Shown here: piece by piece, positions 56,651 to 64,000 of the stretch
How positions within the stretch are numbered: position 1 is the first letter of the stretch
Layout: each line of letters opens with the position of its first letter
Assembly: GCA_018396535.1 (NCBI GenBank)
Contig: JAGTQC010000002.1
Location: 64,001 to 128,000, forward strand
Reading direction: 5' to 3'
From: Candidatus Bathyarchaeota archaeon
GTDB taxonomy: Archaea > Thermoproteota > CALKCG01 > B24 > DRYS01
Length of the DNA: 64,000 bases
The notes under the pieces: model-generated
Told to the model about the DNA's origin: nothing
Seen by the model: only the letters and a program-made list of their open reading frames with translations
Databases searched by the model: none
Position numbers and translations under genes: made by a program

Positions 56651-57454
56651 GTGTCTATAAAAACCACTAGGAGAATAGAACTCTGGACACCGAGAAGAGT
56701 AACTAGAGCAGCGATAATAGGAGCATTATCCGGTGCTACATCACTTATACCCGTCCCGGTTATGCCAGGCATGACCCTAGATCCTGCTATACCAGCATTC
56801 GCAGCCGTATACTACGGGCCATTCGAAGCATACTGGGGCTACGCTATAGGCCAGCTTATCAGATCCCTTATAAGAGATCCAGGCGTACTTATGATAAATC
56901 CTCTAAACTTCATGTTTGGAACACCATTCTTCATGATAATCATAGCATGGCTTGTCAGAGTGGTGAAATACCCATGGAACATCCCTGCTAGCATAGCTCT
57001 AGGCATCCTCATGCATATGCTCTCCTACGCTATACCAGGCTGTATAATAACCTATGGCTGGGCTGTCTTCCCGACATGCTTCATACTTCAGATGATCGGC
57101 TGCGCTATAGTCATATCCGTCTGCCTAATAATAGCTTTGGGAGGAGCAGTCTATATGTGGAGGATACGTAGACAACCCATGTTCCCACATAGATTCATAG
57201 ATAAGGATGAGGAATTCTCGATAGCGAGTAAGGGGAGGATACTAGCATCAGCTATAGCCGCCGTAATCCTATTCATCATCCCATACATCTTCCTAGCAAC
57301 ACCCTACTCCTCTGATAGATACCTTGGACCACCAGAATCCCCTCTACGCAGATACATAGATGCCTATATAAGGCATCCAATGACTGCAGGCTTAGGCTGG
57401 CTATGCTGGGAGCTATACAAGAAGCATGGGGAATGGTTTAAGATAACAGAGTAG
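56651..57454 (+). CDS. ECF transporter S component (substrate unknown)
   Basis: AAIIGALS AxxxA helix, LDPA and YYGP; located in the ECF operon. Confidence 0.75.
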   Translation: MSIKTTRRIELWTPRRVTRAAIIGALSGATSLIPVPVMPGMTLDPAIPAFAAVYYGPFEAYWGYAIGQLIRSLIRDPGVLMINPLNFMFGTPFFMIIIAWLVRVVKYPWNIPASIALGILMHMLSYAIPGCIITYGWAVFPTCFILQMIGCAIVISVCLIIALGGAVYMWRIRRQPMFPHRFIDKDEEFSIASKGRILASAIAAVILFIIPYIFLATPYSSDRYLGPPESPLRRYIDAYIRHPMTAGLGWLCWELYKKHGEWFKITE

Positions 57455-57480
57455 ATCTAGGGATAGATGTATAGCATTAC

Positions 57481-58989
57481 CTAGACATCATCCCTTACAA
57501 TCTTCAAAGCTAACAATCTAGCAGCAGCTTCAAACTCCCATCTTAAATCCCCTATGAATGATACCTTATGCCAGCCGAATATGCTTTGATCATGCTTCTC
57601 CAATATCCTACCAGCATCATCCTCCACAACCAGCTTATCCCTACACGCCTTCTCATCCTCTATTAAACCTAAACTCCTACCATAACGGATACATATCGAT
57701 CTATGGAGAACACTAACCTTAACAGTTGTAACAGGTTCACCTTTCGGAAACCTAACTATAGGAGATGCTCCTATAAAGTGCGCCTCACCATGCCTATCTA
57801 TACAATAGCTTAGAGGAGGCTCACGGCATCCATAGAGTCTAGTAGGTGATGTACAATGTAGATAGATAACCCTGTTACCAGCTAGATCTAGACAGTAGTT
57901 CCCGACCATACCTGGACGATCAGCTAGATACATACCTAGAAGAAGTGTAACAGCTGAATCCATATCAGCTTCACATACAGCTACTATCCCCTCATCGTTA
58001 AGCTTAGAGAAGGCCATGCATGGCAGTATAGGCATCTTACCTGATAACAGTACTGGGAAGCATTCAATACCGATAGCATCGCATCCTCTATCTCTGAGAA
58101 GATTCTTCAACGCTAGGTAAAGCCTAGCCGCACATACTATAGGATAACGGGCCACCCTGTTCTCCTCAGCCTCCCTTATCCATCCATCAGCTACACCTTC
58201 AGCCTCCTCTACACTAACAGCCTCCCAGTAATCTAGAAGTTCACCAGGATCTATCCTAACAAGCTCTAAACCAAAGATATCCTTTAAATTGCTTCTATAA
58301 AGATCCTCATTCCTCCTCCATTGTAAAGCCTGATCCACACCATGAACATCGACAGCGAAGCTATCCGGGAAGATATAGTACTTGATAAGCATATCCCTAA
58401 CCTCTACCGGCAACCCCTCAGCCTCCAGCATCCCAACCATCCTCCTCCTATCCTCCTCGCTTCTCGAAACCTCAGCTTCATCAAAGGTAACCACTAGAAT
58501 CCTCCTCCCCCTCATATCGTACAGCCTCTTCATAACCTCCAAAGCTCTCTCTACATCCTCAAAATTTGGTGAAGATACAGGGAGAACGGGGAGACCCCTA
58601 CCTCTAACCCTCTCATAGATCCTTATAAACCCCCAATCCCCACCATACATAAAGCTAGCTAGTATCGTAGGCTTACCTATCTCTATAGCTTCAACTCCTA
58701 TATCATCTATCGTAGGGTTTGTCCCATAATTACCCACGACATATAGAAGAAGACCATCAGACTCTCTTACCCCCTTCTTAATTTCCCAACTATCCTCACG
58801 ACTATACCTCCAGATAACCCTACCCCCTGTGAACTCTACATCAGGAAACCTTACCCTTAACCTCTCAACTATGGATTTACATAACCCACCCTCATCGTAT
58901 CCTATATAGGGCCAACCAGGCCCCCATCTACCCTTACCTAGAAAAAGAACGTATACCTTCATACGTATCGACGTATACCATACATCCAA
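57481..58989 (-). CDS. L-fucose/L-arabinose isomerase-like protein
   Basis: DAIGIEC, PCMAFS, CEADMDS, HC and GWH pattern. Confidence 0.75.
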   Translation of the reverse strand: MDVWYTSIRMKVYVLFLGKGRWGPGWPYIGYDEGGLCKSIVERLRVRFPDVEFTGGRVIWRYSREDSWEIKKGVRESDGLLLYVVGNYGTNPTIDDIGVEAIEIGKPTILASFMYGGDWGFIRIYERVRGRGLPVLPVSSPNFEDVERALEVMKRLYDMRGRRILVVTFDEAEVSRSEEDRRRMVGMLEAEGLPVEVRDMLIKYYIFPDSFAVDVHGVDQALQWRRNEDLYRSNLKDIFGLELVRIDPGELLDYWEAVSVEEAEGVADGWIREAEENRVARYPIVCAARLYLALKNLLRDRGCDAIGIECFPVLLSGKMPILPCMAFSKLNDEGIVAVCEADMDSAVTLLLGMYLADRPGMVGNYCLDLAGNRVIYLHCTSPTRLYGCREPPLSYCIDRHGEAHFIGASPIVRFPKGEPVTTVKVSVLHRSICIRYGRSLGLIEDEKACRDKLVVEDDAGRILEKHDQSIFGWHKVSFIGDLRWEFEAAARLLALKIVRDDV

Positions 58990-58997
58990 TATAAGAT

Positions 58998-59885
58998 TTA
59001 CTCGATCGTAACCCAGGGACAGGTATTCCTCAAAACATCTAGAGATCTCTTCGAATCTCTAAGCGAAAGCTCGAAGACTATAGGCCCCCTAAACCCCTTA
59101 AATTGCAGATACTTCATAAACTCTACTAGCGGTAGATCGCCTTCACCTAACGGTAGATGATCCCTCCTGATAGCTAGCCCATGCTCTACCCTGAAGAAGC
59201 CATCATGCAGATGTATCTCGATAAGCCTATCGTAATGCTTATCAAGGAAATCCATAATCGAAAGCTCATCCGAGAAGCCTGCTAACAGATGCCCGGTATC
59301 CAAGCATATAGATAGATCGAATCTATCTATAGCTTCCCTCGTAAGATCGAACGGGAATTCCACATTCTCCACAGCTATCTTCCGTGAAGGAATATCTATC
59401 TTCGATACTATCTCCTCTAAGCTTCGTATAGAATTTGATAGCATACCCTTATTGACTATATATTTGTAAGATCTAGGGATATTAAGCCTAGTAAACTCTG
59501 ATGCAAGAGCCCCTGTAATATGGATCACATAGCATTCAGGGTTAAGATCCTTAGCTAACTCTATAGAGTGGACCATACTCTCTACAGACCCCCTCCTAAC
59601 GAACGGGTTTGGAGAAGCAAGCTCTACGCTCCATAACGGTAGATGAACACTATAGGTGATACCTAAACTCTCACCTAGATCGATAAGCTTTCTAAAAGTA
59701 TCCTTTTTTAGAGATCCAGGAAGTATGTATTCTATATCCATAGTTAACTCTACATGGCGGAATCCCTCCATCACGGATGTTATACAGAAATCTGGGAAGC
59801 TGAATTTCGATAGATCAACCGAGAATCCATCTACTATCCTCTGCATAACATCGAGGAATTGGAGAGGCTGTACACCAAACCTCAA
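58998..59885 (-). CDS. Xylose-isomerase-like TIM-barrel sugar-phosphate isomerase/epimerase
   Basis: SVHLP, VEN, CLDTGH, IHLHD, DHLPLGEG and VFE. Confidence 0.8.
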   Translation of the reverse strand: MRFGVQPLQFLDVMQRIVDGFSVDLSKFSFPDFCITSVMEGFRHVELTMDIEYILPGSLKKDTFRKLIDLGESLGITYSVHLPLWSVELASPNPFVRRGSVESMVHSIELAKDLNPECYVIHITGALASEFTRLNIPRSYKYIVNKGMLSNSIRSLEEIVSKIDIPSRKIAVENVEFPFDLTREAIDRFDLSICLDTGHLLAGFSDELSIMDFLDKHYDRLIEIHLHDGFFRVEHGLAIRRDHLPLGEGDLPLVEFMKYLQFKGFRGPIVFELSLRDSKRSLDVLRNTCPWVTIE

Positions 59886-59898
59886 TACATACCACCGA

Positions 59899-61188
59899 TC
59901 AGCTCAGCCAAGGTATCCACTTAGCTTCAGCTTTAAACATCTCGTTAACCATCTCCTCGATCTCTCTAGGTGTTAGAATAGCCGATGTTAGAGGATCGAA
60001 CATTATAGCTTCTACAACAGCGGTCCTATCCTTCTCTAAAGCTGCTTTAACAGCTAGCTCCTGGACGTTTATATTAGTCCTGTTCAAAGCTGCACATTGA
60101 GGGGGGAGATCCCCAACGTAGCATGGATGGATACCCCCTCTATCCACCATACAGGGTACCTCTACACAGCATCCATATGGAAGGTTAGTTATCAACCCTC
60201 TATTCTCGACATTACCGTTTATACGGCATACCCTACCCGTCTCCATAGAGTATATTACATCTATACCGTATTCATCTGATCTGTTAATCTCTATAGGCTC
60301 CTCCCCTCTTATCTGCCTCTCTATACGTTCAAAATGCGGCTTCCAGCGGGTCTTACATATCTCTAGGTAGAACCATCTAGGTTCACAGTATCTTCTACGT
60401 CTCTCCTCGTTGGTCCTGAAGTATGGGATGTACTCGCTTAGATGATGACTCGACTCTGTTATAAAGTATCCGAGATACTTCATCATCTCGAATCGAACCT
60501 TATCCTTCTCGTATATCTCCCTATTCTCCATAGCCTTCCAGAGTAGTGGGTACGCATCCCTACCTCTATACTTGAATTCTAGGAAGAAAGCTTGGTGATT
60601 AATACCAGCAACCCAGTAGTAGACATCCTCGTATGGCACTCCTATATAGCCTGCTAGAGTCCTCGCCGTCCCCTGAACACTATGACATAACCCTACATTC
60701 CTTATCTTAGTAGCTCTATTCATAGCCCAGCAGTTGATCGCCATAGGGTTAGCATAGTTTATCAGAAGGGCATCCGGGCATAGATCCTCCATATCGTAGC
60801 ATATATCTAGTAGAACAGGTATGGTTCTAAGCCCTCTAAAAACACCTCCAGGACCTATAGTATCACCAACCTCCTGGTTTACACCATACTTTAAGGGTAT
60901 GTATATATCATACTCGAAAGCCTCCAACCCACCTACCTGGATCATCACTATAACATAATCCGCTCCATCTAAAGCCTCTCTCCGATCTAGAGTCGATTGT
61001 ATCTTCAAGCCTGACGCATACTTAGAGGCAAGCGTATATGCAAACCTCGTTATCACATTAAGACGCTCAGCATCTATATCCATAAGGGATATCGTGGAGT
61101 TTCTAAGCTCGGGATGATACACTATATCCGTGAGTAGACGACTAGCAAAAACAACGCTTCCAGCACCGATGAAGACTATCTTAGCCGT
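59899..61188 (-). CDS. melA: GH4 alpha-galactosidase (MelA-like); probable ACG start at 61188
   Basis: KIVFIGAGS lies upstream of the ORF-track start. GDTIGPGG, NYANPM, GLCHSV, AGINH and TESSHHLSEY motifs. Confidence 0.85.
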   Translation of the reverse strand, partial: TAKIVFIGAGSVVFASRLLTDIVYHPELRNSTISLMDIDAERLNVITRFAYTLASKYASGLKIQSTLDRREALDGADYVIVMIQVGGLEAFEYDIYIPLKYGVNQEVGDTIGPGGVFRGLRTIPVLLDICYDMEDLCPDALLINYANPMAINCWAMNRATKIRNVGLCHSVQGTARTLAGYIGVPYEDVYYWVAGINHQAFFLEFKYRGRDAYPLLWKAMENREIYEKDKVRFEMMKYLGYFITESSHHLSEYIPYFRTNEERRRRYCEPRWFYLEICKTRWKPHFERIERQIRGEEPIEINRSDEYGIDVIYSMETGRVCRINGNVENRGLITNLPYGCCVEVPCMVDRGGIHPCYVGDLPPQCAALNRTNINVQELAVKAALEKDRTAVVEAIMFDPLTSAILTPREIEEMVNEMFKAEAKWIPWLS

Positions 61189-61503
61189 GAAACATACACC
61201 TCCACAAACAATATAGAGGTAGCAGCTTTACCTGATTTAAATAATTCCTAAACACTCCATTAAGTAACGCATATAGATTAGTTTAGCTAAGAGAATTAGG
61301 CTATAACCATCATCCTCATCTATTCTAGAATACAAAATCGATATATTACTAGCGAACGTAGAATAATCCATGAGTCTATCCTAGAATACATCTCATATCC
61401 TCAAACCTCAAATAAACCTATACCAGTACCGCCTACCGATACATCCACACAGATTATGTATAATCCGCTTCAGGCTCTAAGCAACTCTACATAAGGTTAC
61501 ACT

Positions 61504-63012
61504 CTACTTCTCTCTAAGCTTCCTAACCAGTATCCTAGATACTACTATACCTTTCACAGTCTGGCTAGGTATCTCTATCCTAAGAGCTTCATCCTCATAG
61601 CTCCACCTAGGCTTCTCCCTTAACCCAACTATATCTACGTCTAATATTTCTTCATCCTCATCTATCAGTCTCAGGTTTCTAGCTAGAGATCTAAAGCTTA
61701 TAACTCTAGATCCGTTAGACCCTACCGGGTATATAGCATATACTACACTACCCGTAGGATATAGATCCCTCGCCGTATATCGTACATCACCTTCTACGAA
61801 TCTAACACCCCTCTCTGTGAAGAATCCTCCTCTACCTATACGTGTAGGCCCCTCACCGTAGACCCTCCATACTCTTGTACCGTATATAGCCTCCCCATAT
61901 AGCTTAAGCCATCCACCTATACTAGATAATATCTTCCTCTGCTCTTCCGGTATCACCCCATCCGGGGATGGGCCTATATTCAGTAGGAATACACCATTCT
62001 TACTTACAACATCCACCATATGCCATATTATGCTTTCAGGAGTCTTATACTCTGCATCCCTTATATAACCCCAAGATCTATAATCTACCGATGTATCAGC
62101 TAGCCATGGCGAGGATCTAAGCCTAAGTATAGTCCCTCTCTCAGCTAGATCAGGTATAGCAGCTCCATCTGGGAAAGCCCCATGCTTATACACTATGACA
62201 GGTTCAAACCCCCAGCTTTCACATCTATTATAGTAGTATGCTGCGAAAGCCTTCAGGTACGGCTCAAACGCAGGATTAGCTATCCACCAATCGAAGTAAA
62301 CTAATCTAGGCCTATACTTCTCTACCACCTCAACTATTCTTAATAACCAATCCATCAGGAATTCATCATCCGGAGGTATGTTATCTGGTCCTACAGGAGC
62401 TCTAGGATCTGTAGATGCAGGCTTAGCTGGACCGTATAAATCCATATACCTAGGATCGTTCACATCTGAATCTATACGTGTACCAGGTTCGAAAAACCAC
62501 CAATGCTCAGCTCTATGATACGATACACCGAATATAAGCCCCACCCTCTCGACAGCTTCCTTCAACTCTCCAATTATATCCCTTCTAGGACCTATCTTAG
62601 ATGCACACCATCTAGTATACCTAGAATCCCATAGAGCATAGCCATCATGATGCTCCGCTACGGGTACTACGAATCTAGCACCCGATTCTTTGAATAATCT
62701 AGCCCAACTATCTGGATCCCAATTAGCAGCTGTAAACATGGGTATGAAATCCTTATAACCGAAATCCTTCGGCGTACCGAAGTTTCTATTGTGGAAATCG
62801 TATTCAGGTTTACCAGGCATATACATGTGTCTAGGATACCATTCATTACCATACGCTGGGACGGAGTATACACCCCAATGTATGAATATACCTAGCTTGG
62901 AATCTACAAACCATGACGGAACCCTATAATTCTTAAGAGAGCTCCATGAAGGCTCATAGGATCCGCTTGTAGGAGCAGGTATACTCTTGAATATATCGTA
63001 TGGATCAACCAT
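61504..63012 (-). CDS. GH29 alpha-L-fucosidase
   Basis: KLGIFIHWG, AEHHDG, YFDWW and VSKNGVFLLNIGP. Likely ATG at 63012 after a GAAGGTG SD; the ORF track extends to 63042. Confidence 0.92.
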   Translation of the reverse strand: MVDPYDIFKSIPAPTSGSYEPSWSSLKNYRVPSWFVDSKLGIFIHWGVYSVPAYGNEWYPRHMYMPGKPEYDFHNRNFGTPKDFGYKDFIPMFTAANWDPDSWARLFKESGARFVVPVAEHHDGYALWDSRYTRWCASKIGPRRDIIGELKEAVERVGLIFGVSYHRAEHWWFFEPGTRIDSDVNDPRYMDLYGPAKPASTDPRAPVGPDNIPPDDEFLMDWLLRIVEVVEKYRPRLVYFDWWIANPAFEPYLKAFAAYYYNRCESWGFEPVIVYKHGAFPDGAAIPDLAERGTILRLRSSPWLADTSVDYRSWGYIRDAEYKTPESIIWHMVDVVSKNGVFLLNIGPSPDGVIPEEQRKILSSIGGWLKLYGEAIYGTRVWRVYGEGPTRIGRGGFFTERGVRFVEGDVRYTARDLYPTGSVVYAIYPVGSNGSRVISFRSLARNLRLIDEDEEILDVDIVGLREKPRWSYEDEALRIEIPSQTVKGIVVSRILVRKLREK

Positions 63013-63064
63013 GATATACACCTTCACTTGACTATGTAACATAGATATAGCAATTTAAATAGTT

Positions 63065-64000
63065 CTAGGATATTTTCACCTCAACCTCCTTTCCATCATA
63101 TTTAACCACCCTATCAGGTATAACAGTCTCCTCAACACCGATACCATATCCATCCCTAACGAATACTATATGGAAGGATCTCTCCCTTAACATACCAGGA
63201 TAGCCCCCCTCCCTCGCACCTATAATCAACCTACCTTCATCTTCAAGCCATGTAATAGGGGTTAGGCTATATTCACCCCTCTCGTAGCTATATGTTTCTC
63301 CATCATCTTCGTATAACGTGAAGCTAGCATCAGCTCCACGGTATACTCTAACCTCTATAGGGTTCCAAGGCTTCTCCTTCGCATACTGTAGCGGCGGAGC
63401 CATAGGTATTATAGATCCAGCTTTAACATGGAGCGGGATTATGTCTATAGGCGTAGGTGTTTCGATCCATACCCCTCCATTCATATGTCTTCCAGTCCAG
63501 AAATCGTACCACCCACATATACTCCTAGGTAGATAGATCCACCTAGCCTTAATCTTGGGAAGGGTTACAGGACTAACCATTATAGCGGATCCAAACATAT
63601 ACTGGTCATCTATATCGGCTACCCTAGTATCCATTCTGAAATCCATTATTAACGGTCTCATAAACGTATAGCCTTCCTTCGTAACCCTCCATGCATGAGA
63701 ATATATGTATGGTAGCAGCCTATACCTCAACCTGATATACTTAACAAGTATCCTCTCATACTCTGATCCAAACCTCCAAGGCTCCTTAGCATACGTCGTC
63801 CCATGCACTCTGAAAATAGGGCAGAAGGAGCCCCACTGAAACCATCTGGCGAATATTTCCCTATACGAGTCGGTCTCAGGGTTACCGCTAAAGAACCCGC
63901 CTATATCTGTAGTCCAGTATGGTATGCCTGAGATAGAGAAGTTCAACCCTGCAGCTATCTGCTCCCTAAGTATACCCCAATCGTGGCATATATCCCCAGA
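63065..64000 (-). CDS. GH31 alpha-xylosidase/glucosidase, C-terminal part (5'-truncated by the window edge)
   Basis: Frame is open to 64000. SGD, WTTDIGGF, FRVHG, RYRLLPYIY and LYEDDG. Confidence 0.92.
   Translation of the reverse strand, partial: SGDICHDWGILREQIAAGLNFSISGIPYWTTDIGGFFSGNPETDSYREIFARWFQWGSFCPIFRVHGTTYAKEPWRFGSEYERILVKYIRLRYRLLPYIYSHAWRVTKEGYTFMRPLIMDFRMDTRVADIDDQYMFGSAIMVSPVTLPKIKARWIYLPRSICGWYDFWTGRHMNGGVWIETPTPIDIIPLHVKAGSIIPMAPPLQYAKEKPWNPIEVRVYRGADASFTLYEDDGETYSYERGEYSLTPITWLEDEGRLIIGAREGGYPGMLRERSFHIVFVRDGYGIGVEETVIPDRVVKYDGKEVEVKIS

Noticed and set aside
61504-63042. Programmed -1 frameshift as in the Sulfolobus alpha-fucosidase
   Set aside because: This GH29 is a single uninterrupted frame.
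123-63536. Numerous 60-220 aa antisense or alternate-frame ORFs (e.g. 1383-1952, 34188-34577, 53635-54306, 55099-55554)
   Set aside because: They lie within well-supported genes, are mostly Ser/Ile/Leu-rich shadows, and carry no motifs.
1-64000. CRISPR array, rRNA gene, transposase/integrase, dif site
   Set aside because: No regularly spaced repeats, rRNA-like tract, recombinase ORF or convincing dif-like 11-6-11 palindrome was seen.

Overview
A gene-dense archaeal chromosomal segment. Archaeal ribosomal proteins, Hjc, NreA, DGGGP synthase, arcadin-1, a multi-intron tRNA and many glycoside hydrolases suggest a TACK/Thermoproteota lineage, possibly Bathyarchaeia-like (inference). The window opens inside a canonical smc-scpA-scpB condensin operon. 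It continues through translation genes, a small Fe-S/TauE redox module and housekeeping genes, and ends in an ECF transporter operon and a sugar-utilisation locus (GH31, GH29, GH4, isomerases). The most notable feature is a second SMC-kleisin-KITE operon at about 14.8-18.0 kb. It encodes a short (~630 aa), apparently hinge-less SMC with mixed Smc5/Smc6-type head motifs, an Nse4/ScpA-like kleisin and an Nse3/MAGE-like tandem winged-helix protein, i.e. a candidate minimal archaeal Smc5/6-like complex. Other notable items: two C/D-box guide sRNAs with plausible rRNA targets, tRNA-Met(CAT) with two non-canonical introns and an adjacent duplicated 3' end, an orphan arcadin-1, an orphan group 3b hydrogenase large subunit, a probable ACG start codon, and a perfect palindromic operator upstream of a solitary ECF S-component. 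No CRISPR array, rRNA gene, transposase or integrase was seen. All family assignments come from motif recognition by eye; no searches were run.
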